Source of the DNA: Candidatus Woesebacteria bacterium
Lineage (GTDB): Bacteria > Patescibacteriota > Microgenomatia > UBA12405
Assembly: GCA_035402805.1 (NCBI GenBank)
Contig: DAONDY010000002.1
Location: 49,801 to 113,800 of the forward strand
Direction: 5' to 3'
DNA: 64,000 nucleotides
In this document: piece after piece, positions 8,291-17,791 of the stretch
Layout: each line of letters starts with the position of its first letter
Numbering within the stretch: position 1 is the first letter of the stretch
The notes under the pieces: model-generated
Seen by the model: the letters and a program-made list of their open reading frames with translations, nothing else
What the model was told of the DNA's origin: nothing
Database searches by the model: none
Position numbers and translations under genes: made by a program

Positions 8291-9772
8291 ATGAACTTAC
8301 AAATTAATTTAATATCAAAAGGATATTCTGACCATCAAATATTAAAAGATGTCAGTTTTTCTATAAATTCTGGTGACAAAATTGGTTTAATTGGCATTAA
8401 TGGCAGTGGTAAAACTACTCTATTAAAAATAATCTCTGGATTAGAAAATCGTGATAATGGCCAGATAATAAAAAATCCAAGGAATCTATCTGTGGGATAT
8501 GTTCCACAGGTGACTGATTTTTATGAGGATAAAAATGTGGTTGATTTATTGGCAGAATCTCTTAATTTAGAGGAAGATGAAATTTATAAAATTTATGTTG
8601 TTTTAAATAAATTAAATATCGAAGAATTGGCCTTAAAAAGTTTTAAAACTTTATCAAGCGGTCAAAAAACAAAGATATATCTAGCAAGATTATTAATTCA
8701 AAATCCAGATATTTTATTATTGGACGAACCAACCAATCATCTAGATATTGAATCTTTGGAATGGTTGGAAAATTATTTAAGAAATTACCAGGGAGCTTTT
8801 TTAGTAATTTCTCATGACCGAAAATTTTTAGATAATACAGTTACAAAAATATTGGAATTGGAAAATGGGAAAATTAAAACTTATGGTGGTAATTATTCTT
8901 TTTACCGAAATCAAAAATTAATTGAATTTGAATCACAAAAGAGGAATTACATTGCTCAAGAAAAGAAAAAAGAAAGAATCTTAGAAAGAGTTAGAACTAT
9001 GAAAAACCAAACTCAACAATTGGAGGTGATAACGTCCGGGGCCGATCACTATAAAAGACATAAAGCGGCTAAATCAGCCAGCAGGGCTAAATCGACAGAA
9101 AAAATGTTAATTAAAGAATTAAATGAAAGCGGAATTGAAAAACCAGAGGAAGATATTGAGCTATCAATCTTATTTAGAACAAAAAAAGAGAGCAGCAAAT
9201 TGGTAGTATTTTTTGATAAAGTATCAAAAACATTTGATAAAACCCAAGTATTTTCAAACTTTTCTTTAGAAATAAATAGAGGTGAAAGAATAGCTTTAAT
9301 CGGACCTAATGGCAGCGGAAAATCAACATTAATCAACCTAATTTTGAAGAAAATTAATCCAACAGAGGGGAAAATTGAGCTTGGAAGTAATGTAGATATT
9401 GGATATTTACCACAGGAATATAATCAATTAAATTCAGAACTAAATCCAATTGATTATTTAGTAAAGACAAATGAAATTGATAAAACATCCGCATATAAAT
9501 TAGCAAAAAGATTTTTATTTACCGACGAGGATATAAAAAATCCAATTAATAAATTAAGCAGTGGACAAAAGTCAAAAATATTATTGGCTTCAATTATGGC
9601 TTCTGGGTCAAATTTCATCATATTAGATGAACCAACAAACTATTTAGATATTCCTTCAAGAGAAGCTTTGGAAGAGGCTTTGGTGTCTTATAAAGGAACT
9701 TTACTGGTGGTTTCTCATGATCGTTATTTTTTGAACAGAATTAACCTGACAAAAACGGTTAGCTTAGGTTAA
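8291..9772 (+). CDS. ABC-F family ATPase (two ABC domains, no TMD)
   Basis: Two Walker A motifs (GINGSGKTT, GPNGSGKST), two signature motifs (LSSGQKTK, LSSGQKSK), two Walker B motifs (LLLDEPTNHLD, ILDEPTNYLD). Confidence 0.8.
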   Translation: MNLQINLISKGYSDHQILKDVSFSINSGDKIGLIGINGSGKTTLLKIISGLENRDNGQIIKNPRNLSVGYVPQVTDFYEDKNVVDLLAESLNLEEDEIYKIYVVLNKLNIEELALKSFKTLSSGQKTKIYLARLLIQNPDILLLDEPTNHLDIESLEWLENYLRNYQGAFLVISHDRKFLDNTVTKILELENGKIKTYGGNYSFYRNQKLIEFESQKRNYIAQEKKKERILERVRTMKNQTQQLEVITSGADHYKRHKAAKSASRAKSTEKMLIKELNESGIEKPEEDIELSILFRTKKESSKLVVFFDKVSKTFDKTQVFSNFSLEINRGERIALIGPNGSGKSTLINLILKKINPTEGKIELGSNVDIGYLPQEYNQLNSELNPIDYLVKTNEIDKTSAYKLAKRFLFTDEDIKNPINKLSSGQKSKILLASIMASGSNFIILDEPTNYLDIPSREALEEALVSYKGTLLVVSHDRYFLNRINLTKTVSLG

Positions 9773-9788
9773 GTGATATAATTTTTTT

Positions 9789-10259
9789 ATGAAAGAAGAA
9801 ATTTGTTGTCCAAAGTTTGATCCAAAACCTTGGGATGAAAAGGTTTTTGAATGGAAAAATAAAAAATTTGTTAAGGCTAAGGTGTTTACTTTGTTCTTTA
9901 TGCCAGTAAATTTTGGACCAGTTATGTCTAAATTAATGCAGAGAGTAGGAAAAAATATTTCAAAGGAGATGATGTGTTTATCTGATCACACTTCCAAATG
10001 GAATATGAATATTTATGTGTCTGTGGATAAAGAAGTCGATGAAGCTGAAAATGTAACATTAAATGGAAAATATTTAAGTAAAGTTTACGAGGGCGATTTT
10101 AAAGACACAGGAAAATGGTGTGAAGATTATAAAAATTACGCAAAAGCAAAAAAAATGAAAATAAAGAAATGGTATATGTGGTACACCACCTGTCCAAAAT
10201 GTGCAAAAAAGTATGGAAAGAATTATGTGGCGATAATTAATGAGGTCGAGAACGAATAA
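9789..10259 (+). CDS. Hypothetical protein with a putative Zn-binding Cys pair (CC...CPKC)
   Basis: ORF only. Confidence 0.4.
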   Translation: MKEEICCPKFDPKPWDEKVFEWKNKKFVKAKVFTLFFMPVNFGPVMSKLMQRVGKNISKEMMCLSDHTSKWNMNIYVSVDKEVDEAENVTLNGKYLSKVYEGDFKDTGKWCEDYKNYAKAKKMKIKKWYMWYTTCPKCAKKYGKNYVAIINEVENE

Positions 10260-10274
10260 AGTATTATTCGCCTT

Positions 10275-10910
10275 TTATTTATTAGAAAAGAGTTTTACAA
10301 ACCAACCAAATAACCCATTTACTTGTTTTTCACTAGAAATTTTTTCTTCTAAAGAATTGTTTTGATTAAGTATCAGATTAATGGTCTCTTGAAGTTGTTG
10401 TAAATCAGCTTGGTTTTTTGTTTTAGTTTTCATTTCTTCTAATTGCTGAATAGTTTGTTTATTTTCTTCAGTCATTTTTCCTAAAGCCTGAACAATCTTT
10501 TTATCACTACCAACAAAGAGACGGATGAGTTGTCCTCTATTTTTGAGTTCATAATAAGAAGATTTTATTTTTTCCTGAACTTTTTCTTGATTTTGAGCGA
10601 TTTCTCTAACTTGTTGACCAATTCCCCCCTTAGCTCCTACAGTTTCAATTAATTGATGAACCTGATCGGAAACTTTAGTTAAGCTGTCATCAACAGATTG
10701 ATTTAATTGTTCACTTTCTTGGGTTTTAATATTATTTTTTTGACTTTCGCCTTGATTTTGAGTTTTAATCTCGTTAGTATTTTTAACTTGATTACCAGTT
10801 GGAGAAACAACTGTTTGGCCTTGTTGACCTTGAACTTCAGTTGAATTTTTGGCTAAAGCGGGAGTGATGGTTAATAAAAATAAAAAAGACAAAATCAAAT
10901 ATTTTTTCAT
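10275..10910 (-). CDS. Secreted Gln-rich coiled-coil protein
   Basis: Signal peptide MKKYLILSFLFLLTITPALA; Q/E/K-rich heptad-like sequence. Confidence 0.5.
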   Translation of the reverse strand: MKKYLILSFLFLLTITPALAKNSTEVQGQQGQTVVSPTGNQVKNTNEIKTQNQGESQKNNIKTQESEQLNQSVDDSLTKVSDQVHQLIETVGAKGGIGQQVREIAQNQEKVQEKIKSSYYELKNRGQLIRLFVGSDKKIVQALGKMTEENKQTIQQLEEMKTKTKNQADLQQLQETINLILNQNNSLEEKISSEKQVNGLFGWFVKLFSNK

Positions 10911-10992
10911 GATAAAAAATGAATAAATAATTATATTAATAATAGCATTTTACAAAAAAGATTAATAAAAAATTATTTAAATTTAGTAAAAT

Positions 10993-11346
10993 GTGATTAG
11001 TTATATGAAAACAATAAAATGGACAGCTCGAATAATTGCTTTGTGTGTTTTGGCTTTTGCTTTGCCATTTTATTTTGGCTACGGCAATCCTCTACCATTT
11101 ATTAATCCTGATTACTCTTTATGGGAAAACGTGACTTTAACTATGGTTCCATTGATTTTTATTGGTCTAGTTTTGGGTTGGAAATATCCTAAATTTGGAG
11201 GATGGTTGGTAACTATTACTGTAATAATTGTTTTTATTGTTGGATTTTTAACAGAAGCCAATCTTAGTATTAATTTGGCTGTTCCTCTTATCCCAGGAAT
11301 TTTATTTTTAATAAATGGATATAAAAAAAGTAATCAATCTTCATGA
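10993..11346 (+). CDS. Small integral membrane protein (3-4 TM)
   Basis: Hydrophobic segments only. Confidence 0.45.
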   Translation: MISYMKTIKWTARIIALCVLAFALPFYFGYGNPLPFINPDYSLWENVTLTMVPLIFIGLVLGWKYPKFGGWLVTITVIIVFIVGFLTEANLSINLAVPLIPGILFLINGYKKSNQSS

Positions 11347-11360
11347 TAGACTGATTTAAA

Positions 11361-11972
11361 ATGATAAAAGCTATAATTTTTGATTTTGGAAATGTAATTT
11401 GTAGATTTGATAATGATATTTATAGAGCGAAAATTGCCGAGATAACAGGAAAAAAGATAGAAGATATTAAAGATTCAATTTTTAGAAATTCTGATATTTT
11501 ATATAAATTTGAAACAGGGTTGATTTCCAACCAAGATTTTTTTAAAGAATTATCAAAAATTTGTGGACTAAATATTCCATATGATCAATTAAAGGAAATT
11601 TATTCTAAAGATAAATTTACCCATATTGAAGGAATGACCGATTTAATTAAAAAATTGCAAAAAAAATACAAAATCGGATTATTATCTAATACAAGTTCTT
11701 GGGATTATGACTACATTTTAAAAGAGGCACCGATAATAAAAACCTTTGACACAATAACAACTTCTTTTGGAGTAAAAGCAATGAAACCAAGTCCAAAAAT
11801 TTTTGAAGATGCATTAAATAAATTAAAGTTAAAAGCAGAAGAATGTGTTTATACTGATGATATTTTGGAATATATAGAAGCGGCAGAAAAATTAGGGATT
11901 AAAGCAGTTCATTTTACAACAACAGAAAATTTTAAATCTGATTTGAAAAATCTAGGAGTGGAAATAGAATAA
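11361..11972 (+). CDS. HAD-superfamily hydrolase
   Basis: Motif I IIFDFGNVI (DxG), motif II LLSNTS, C-terminal DD. Confidence 0.75.
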   Translation: MIKAIIFDFGNVICRFDNDIYRAKIAEITGKKIEDIKDSIFRNSDILYKFETGLISNQDFFKELSKICGLNIPYDQLKEIYSKDKFTHIEGMTDLIKKLQKKYKIGLLSNTSSWDYDYILKEAPIIKTFDTITTSFGVKAMKPSPKIFEDALNKLKLKAEECVYTDDILEYIEAAEKLGIKAVHFTTTENFKSDLKNLGVEIE

Positions 11973-11973
11973 A

Positions 11974-12558
11974 TTATTGCTGAAATTGATTTATAAATTC
12001 ACTAAAATCAGTGAATTTGATATCTTTGGGAACAGAAAAATCGGCTTCATTAATAGTGGTTGGCTGACAGTTGTAGCTTAGCTCTTGGTCTAAATCAACA
12101 CGATTAGAAGCAACTTGCATATTATCATCACTGGTCGAATCTGATTGTTGATCAAGTTTCATTTTAAAAGCCATATTGTCAGTGGTGGAATCATTTGACC
12201 AGGTATAAAGCCATTCACCGTCACTAACGCTGATAAATTCACTTAGTCCAGTGGGGCTTTCAACTTTAATAGTCTGTTTAAATTTATTACCACTAATTAT
12301 AATTTCGCCTTGACCATTCCCCTGTTCACCAGAGGTTTGCCAGGTACATTTTTGGGCAATATTTTTGGCTAATAGTTCTCTTAAGGAGAAAGTAGATTTT
12401 TCCTGTTTTGGGGAAGAAGTTGGGGTTACAGAGGCAATATTATCGCTTCCCTTTTGGAGACCACAAGCAGAAAATAAAAAAGCGGAACAAAAAATTAAAG
12501 CTAAAGTAGTTAGTTTTTTCATTGTTAATTTAATTTTTAAACTAATTAATTTTAACAT
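11974..12558 (-). CDS. Lipoprotein (lipobox LFSAC)
   Basis: Signal peptide ending AFLFSAC-G. Confidence 0.5.
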   Translation of the reverse strand: MLKLISLKIKLTMKKLTTLALIFCSAFLFSACGLQKGSDNIASVTPTSSPKQEKSTFSLRELLAKNIAQKCTWQTSGEQGNGQGEIIISGNKFKQTIKVESPTGLSEFISVSDGEWLYTWSNDSTTDNMAFKMKLDQQSDSTSDDNMQVASNRVDLDQELSYNCQPTTINEADFSVPKDIKFTDFSEFINQFQQ

Positions 12559-12588
12559 TTTGCTATAGTTGATTTAAAAAGTGTAAAA

Positions 12589-13053
12589 TTGGTTAATATG
12601 ACAACAAATAAAAATTGGAAAACAATATTGATGGATTTAGAAAATAGGCTCTCCGAATTTTTTACTAAAAAATTACCTGCAATACCTGATAAATTTAAAG
12701 AAATGATTGTAAAATACGGACCTTATTTGGCTTTAGTTGGAATAATTTTTTCAATACCAGCGTTATTGGCTTTGGTGGGAATTGGAGCAGTAGCGGCACC
12801 TTGGGCTATAGTTGGTAAAGTAAATTATGGAATAACAGCAATATCATTAGTCTTTGGAGTATTGATGATTGTTTTAGAAATAATGGCAATAAAAGGATTA
12901 TTTGCTAGAAAAATGAAAGCTTGGAAATTAATGTTTTATATTTCTTTAATTAGCGCCGTTTCAAATTTATTGCGATTTAATTTGGGTGGGTTAATTATCG
13001 GAACTGGAATATCTTGGTATATATTGTTCCAGATTAGAAGCTACTATAAATAA
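12589..13053 (+). CDS. Membrane protein (hypothetical)
   Basis: Three hydrophobic helices. Confidence 0.45.
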   Translation: MVNMTTNKNWKTILMDLENRLSEFFTKKLPAIPDKFKEMIVKYGPYLALVGIIFSIPALLALVGIGAVAAPWAIVGKVNYGITAISLVFGVLMIVLEIMAIKGLFARKMKAWKLMFYISLISAVSNLLRFNLGGLIIGTGISWYILFQIRSYYK

Positions 13054-14139
13054 CTAGCGAGTAATCACAAAAGATTCCACTTCATCTTTTAATTTCTTGG
13101 CATCTAAATTATTGGTAAAATAGTCTCTGACTGGAGAAATTAATTCATCTAAGTATCTGGATAAATTTTCTTTTAGATCAAGAGGATAGATCTCCCCTTT
13201 TTGATAGGCCGATTCTAATTCATGGTAAGAATTAAAAACGAGATCGCCACCAAATTTTTCTTCTCTTTTAATTTCAACTTGGGAGAATTTGGCAAAAACA
13301 ATATATTTAAAATATTCTAAAACTGGATTAATCGAAATATCGTTTGGCGGACAATAAGCTTTTTTGATTTTGGAATAAATCTCGTCTTTAGTGTCAGTCA
13401 TAAAAATAGCTGAATCTGGTTTTGATTTAGACATTTTTAAGGCGACAGTCTGATCTTCCTTTGAATCGGCAGAATTAATTTTGTCGACTGGAGGTTGAAG
13501 ACTCATTAACATGTGATGATGGACAGCGGCTGGTTTTTTGAGATTTAGCTCATCAGCGATTTGACGGGCAAGCATATTAACTTTGCGTTGATCCATGCCC
13601 AATTGAGCAATATCGACGTTCAAATAAAAAATATCAGCGGCCTGCATACAAGGATAAATAATTTGGGCTGCAGAAAGAGTGTCTGATTCGTTTCTGCCCA
13701 TAATTTGGGAACAACGAACTATACGATTAAGAGTACTGGCTTTAGCAATCTTTAAAACTAAAAGCCAATATTCTGGATTTTTGACCAAATCTGACGATCG
13801 AATAATTTCAACCTTAGAAATATCAAGACCACAAGCTTTCCAAACTTCAATAAAATACTGGCCGGTTTTTTCAATTTTAGTCATGTCGCCACCAAGTTTA
13901 TTGTTGGCATAAGCATGCCAATCGGCAACTAAAAGTTTAAATTTAACACCAGCTTGAAGAAGTTTTTGAATATTAATGGCACGAAGTAAACCTTGGGCAA
14001 TATGAATTTTTCCAGATGGTTCAAAACCATCATAGGCAATTAACTCTTTACCGGCTTTTAATTTGGATTCGATTTCATCTAGACCAATAATTTCTTCGCC
14101 AACTTCTTGAATTAGTTTTAATTTTTCTTGAATATCCAT
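13054..14139 (-). CDS. tyrS: Tyrosine--tRNA ligase, archaeal/eukaryotic type
   Basis: YDGFEPSGKIHIAQ (HIGH region); KMSKSKPDS (KMSKS); overall similarity to archaeal TyrRS (ADWHAY, IYPCMQAADI, GMDQRK). Confidence 0.85.
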   Translation of the reverse strand: MDIQEKLKLIQEVGEEIIGLDEIESKLKAGKELIAYDGFEPSGKIHIAQGLLRAINIQKLLQAGVKFKLLVADWHAYANNKLGGDMTKIEKTGQYFIEVWKACGLDISKVEIIRSSDLVKNPEYWLLVLKIAKASTLNRIVRCSQIMGRNESDTLSAAQIIYPCMQAADIFYLNVDIAQLGMDQRKVNMLARQIADELNLKKPAAVHHHMLMSLQPPVDKINSADSKEDQTVALKMSKSKPDSAIFMTDTKDEIYSKIKKAYCPPNDISINPVLEYFKYIVFAKFSQVEIKREEKFGGDLVFNSYHELESAYQKGEIYPLDLKENLSRYLDELISPVRDYFTNNLDAKKLKDEVESFVITR

Positions 14140-14157
14140 GAATGTATTATAGCTTAA

Positions 14158-14214
14158 AATCCTCTCTGTCTCTCAACAAGCTCGAGACATCTCCCCTTAA
14201 CAAAGGGAGAAGTC
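14158..14214 (+). repeat. Family A repeat copy A2
   Basis: cctctctgtctctcaacaagctcgagacatctccccttaacaaagggagaagtc. Confidence 0.85.
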
Positions 14215-14234
14215 TTTTGTGGTAATATTCGGCT

Positions 14235-14798
14235 ATGAAATTGCTAATACATGCCTGTTGTGCAGATTGTCTATTAAAAATGGTGGAATCAATTAAATCA
14301 GAAAATAAATTTGATGAAATTCAGGTTTATTATTACAATCCAAATATTCATCCGAGATCAGAATATCAATCGAGATTAAAGGCAATACAATTAATGGTTG
14401 GTGATTTAAAAATGATAGTGGCTGATTGGAAACCAAGTGATTATTTTGAAGTTGTAAACCTCTCTCCGGATAAACCGGGATCTCTCCTTAACAAGGAGAG
14501 AAGTCTTCAAAAAGGGGTAAGATGTGAGAAATGTTGGAGGTTAAGATTAGAAAGGACGGCAAAGTTTGCAAAAGAAAATGGATTCGATGGTTTTAGCTCA
14601 ACATTATTAACAAGTGAATATCAAAATTCAGAAATGATTGAAAAAATTGGTGAAGAAATCTCCAAAAAATATAAAATTAAGTTTTTAATTCCTAAAAAGA
14701 TTTGTAAAAAATTAGAAACTAAGGGATTTTATAAACAAGTATTTTGCGGTTGCTGTTACTCCTTAGTAGAAAGGTTTGAAGAAAAGTTTAAGGGCTGA
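14235..14798 (+). CDS. queH: Epoxyqueuosine reductase QueH (DUF208), carrying an in-frame family A repeat insert
   Basis: LIHACCADC...CEKCWRLR...GFDGFSSTLL match DUF208/QueH Cys motifs. The repeat at 14459-14505 encodes NLSPDKPGSLLNKERSL. Confidence 0.7.
   Translation: MKLLIHACCADCLLKMVESIKSENKFDEIQVYYYNPNIHPRSEYQSRLKAIQLMVGDLKMIVADWKPSDYFEVVNLSPDKPGSLLNKERSLQKGVRCEKCWRLRLERTAKFAKENGFDGFSSTLLTSEYQNSEMIEKIGEEISKKYKIKFLIPKKICKKLETKGFYKQVFCGCCYSLVERFEEKFKG
14459..14505 (+). repeat. Family A repeat copy A3 (inside queH, in frame)
   Basis: cctctctccggataaaccgggatctctccttaacaaggagagaagtc. Confidence 0.8.
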
Positions 14799-16354
14799 AG
14801 ACGATCTTTTAGGTCAGATCTTAACCAATAATTAGTTTTTTTGTCATCTTTAATTACATTAATATAATTAGTTAAAAGATTGGGAAAGAAATCGGCATAG
14901 GCCTTTGGGTTATCTTTGTAAGCGACATTACCATAGTAAATTACAGCTGGCGGATTGTTTTTTAAGGCTGATAACCTCTCCTGTTTATATTCATTAATTT
15001 TTTCATACCAAGGGTACCAATAAGTAAAACGATCTAGAGGTAACCTCTGGGAAAAGAAATAAAGGTCTGGATCGTGAGGATAGACTAAAATTTTTTCGTC
15101 AGGCTTAGTTAATTTATTAATGTCCTCTCCAATTCTCTGACGATAGCTCCAAAAAACATCATAATTGTAAGCTAAATTTAGAGACTGCTTAAAAATTGGA
15201 GAAAAATCATGAGTAACAGTTATGAAACAAACTAAGACCAATATTCCAATAAATATTTTGGGAAATTTATTACGGAAAAAATAAAAAAAACTTAATAAAC
15301 AAACGGAAGAGAAAAGGAGTAAAGGATAAGAACCAAAATTAAAAATTGATCCCGGGTCGACCTTAACCTGACGAGACATTAGAGATAAAAATAAGATTAA
15401 AAAAACAATTTTATGAACAAACTTGGCTTTAAATAAAACAAAAAAAGAAAAGACTAAAAGAGTTAAATTCAAAATGAATTGATAAATTTGGGTGGAAGTG
15501 AAAAAGTGAGTCAATAGATAAAATTCATTTTTAAAAAAATCAATAATATTTTGAATAAACATGGAATTATTTCCTACTTGTTCTGGAAATTCATGCGAGT
15601 AGACATTGGAATTAAATAAAACTGCCTGTTGGAAAAAGCTAACTAATTGACCAGAAAAGGCAAAATAAATTAAAGGAATCAAATTAATGATTAAAGCGAT
15701 TAGAAAAGTTTTTAATCTTTTACCTGGTGGAGAGATAAGAATGGGAATTAAAATCAAAAAGACAAAAAGTGGTTGTGTCCAAGCTGCCATTGAAGCAAAA
15801 ATTATTAAAAGAAAACGGCTGTAAAAATTTAGATTTTGTTTATCAAAAAAAACGGGAATTAAAATCCATAAAATAGAGCTAATTAGAAGGGCGGTAAAAG
15901 TTTCACTTAAAAATAAGTTACCATGATAAAGGCTTAAAATTAGGCTCAAAAATATAATCCAAATAGAAAACATTAATCGAAATGAAGATTTTTTGAAAGT
16001 GAAAAAAGTAGAAATAAAAACCAGAAAATAAAACAAAGTCAAAGTAAAATGAAAATTAGTAATAGCTTTAGCAAAAGAAGCATGAACCCAAAAAGGAGAA
16101 GTTAAATAGGCTAGATAAAAAGGAAAAGGAAAATGGGTGGCAAAAATATTGGTATAGAGTTTCTGACCACGAGACATTAAATAAACAGCTGAAAGATGAT
16201 CCATTTCATCAAAATTGATCATAAAAGAGCGGACTAAATAAAAAACCACGACAAAAATTAAGAGTGAAAGTAAAAAGAAAAGCCAAGAAAACTTAATTTT
16301 CTTTAAAAGATTCATAATTAATATTATAAAGTTTATTTTGGCTATAATACTCAC
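14756..16354 (-). CDS. Polytopic membrane protein (GT-C/ArnT-PMT-like glycosyltransferase candidate)
   Basis: At least 12 hydrophobic helices; 532 aa. Confidence 0.45.
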   Translation of the reverse strand: MSIIAKINFIILIMNLLKKIKFSWLFFLLSLLIFVVVFYLVRSFMINFDEMDHLSAVYLMSRGQKLYTNIFATHFPFPFYLAYLTSPFWVHASFAKAITNFHFTLTLFYFLVFISTFFTFKKSSFRLMFSIWIIFLSLILSLYHGNLFLSETFTALLISSILWILIPVFFDKQNLNFYSRFLLIIFASMAAWTQPLFVFLILIPILISPPGKRLKTFLIALIINLIPLIYFAFSGQLVSFFQQAVLFNSNVYSHEFPEQVGNNSMFIQNIIDFFKNEFYLLTHFFTSTQIYQFILNLTLLVFSFFVLFKAKFVHKIVFLILFLSLMSRQVKVDPGSIFNFGSYPLLLFSSVCLLSFFYFFRNKFPKIFIGILVLVCFITVTHDFSPIFKQSLNLAYNYDVFWSYRQRIGEDINKLTKPDEKILVYPHDPDLYFFSQRLPLDRFTYWYPWYEKINEYKQERLSALKNNPPAVIYYGNVAYKDNPKAYADFFPNLLTNYINVIKDDKKTNYWLRSDLKDRLQPLNFSSNLSTKE

Positions 16355-16375
16355 TTAATTTGCTAAACTATACTA

Positions 16376-17791
16376 GTGAAATCAAAAATTAAAATTGGGG
16401 TTTTAATATTAGGATTGGCGTTATTGATCTGGTCTAGATTTTATAATCTAAAAATCAGTGCTAGGTTTTTATGGGACGAGTCGAGCGATTTAGTGAGAAT
16501 GCAAGAACTTTATCAGAATCCCCGACTAACTATGATTGGACCAATATCCGAAGATAATGTAAAAGTTTTTGGATCTTTAACTTATTATCTAACTTTACCG
16601 TTTGTGGCGATTTTTAAATTTTCTCCGGTCGGTGCGGCTTATGCAACAGCTTTTTTTGGGGTATTAACGGTAATTTTATTAATTTTAGTTTTTAGAAAAC
16701 TTAAAACGCCGATACCTTTAGCGACGATATTTGTCCTGTTGTTAACCAGTTATCCCTTGTTACAATCGGCAAGATGGGCTTGGAACCCTCATTTTGTACC
16801 CTTTTGGCAAGCTTTGGGGTTGTTAAGTTTTATATCTTGGGGAAATGTTGGAATATTTCTCTCGGGATTATTTTTTGGACTGACGATTCATCATCATTAT
16901 TACGCTTTATTTGCAGTAATAGGATTTGGATTAATTGTGGCTTGGAAAAAAGAACTAAGACTTAAAAAAATATTTTTATATTTATTAGGATTGGGAATGG
17001 CCATTTCCCCCTTTGTTTTATTTGATTTAACCCACCCACCGGGATTATTTTTTTCCAGAATGCTCGCCTTTGGCCATATATCAAATCAAGGTGGAGCTTT
17101 TAATGCGACAACGGTTTGGAATAATTTGATAAATACTCCTCTTAAATTTACAAATTATTTAAGCGGGTCTAATCAGATATTGGGGATAATTATTTTGATT
17201 TTAAGTATTTTAAATATTTTAAAATTAAAAAAAGATGAAAACCAAAAATTGATTTTGGTAGTAATAAGTCAATTTTTAGGTTTGGCTTTAATAAGCGGCC
17301 GAGTTGATGATCATTATTTGCTACCAGCGGTTATTTTTTATTATTTATGGATAATTGGTAGTTATAAAAAATCAGTAATTTCCAAAATACTGGTTTATAT
17401 TTTGATCATTTCAGGCATCATAGCCATGCCAGGATTAATTAATAGAAATAATTGGGAAACTAATATTAAAGCCAGCGAAGATATTACAAATTATGTAATT
17501 AGTAAGTGTCAGACTGATTGTAAAAAATATAATTTAGCAGTTTTGAGCAGCCCAGACATGAATACAAAAGGAAGAAGATATCGAGATTTACTTAAATTAA
17601 GTAATATAGAATTGGCAACAATCGATGATTATTCTGGACTTAAAGGAGCTTTTTTTGTTAGCTATGATGATTGGGAAAACTTAAAAAAAGATCCCTCTTA
17701 TGAAATTGATAATTATAGAAATTTAGAGCCGACAGAAATAAAATATATAAGCAATTCAAAATGGATAGTTTATTTTTTTGAACAAAAATGA
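16376..17791 (+). CDS. Polytopic membrane protein (GT-C-like)
   Basis: Multiple TM helices; first of a 5-gene same-strand cluster with overlapping stops and starts. Confidence 0.45.
   Translation: MKSKIKIGVLILGLALLIWSRFYNLKISARFLWDESSDLVRMQELYQNPRLTMIGPISEDNVKVFGSLTYYLTLPFVAIFKFSPVGAAYATAFFGVLTVILLILVFRKLKTPIPLATIFVLLLTSYPLLQSARWAWNPHFVPFWQALGLLSFISWGNVGIFLSGLFFGLTIHHHYYALFAVIGFGLIVAWKKELRLKKIFLYLLGLGMAISPFVLFDLTHPPGLFFSRMLAFGHISNQGGAFNATTVWNNLINTPLKFTNYLSGSNQILGIIILILSILNILKLKKDENQKLILVVISQFLGLALISGRVDDHYLLPAVIFYYLWIIGSYKKSVISKILVYILIISGIIAMPGLINRNNWETNIKASEDITNYVISKCQTDCKKYNLAVLSSPDMNTKGRRYRDLLKLSNIELATIDDYSGLKGAFFVSYDDWENLKKDPSYEIDNYRNLEPTEIKYISNSKWIVYFFEQK

Noticed and set aside
9049-9336. 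Minus-strand 95-aa ORF inside the ABC-F gene
   Set aside because: It is antisense to a conserved ABC domain and is spurious.
13679-13912. Plus-strand 77-aa ORF inside tyrS
   Set aside because: It is antisense to the conserved TyrRS core and is spurious.
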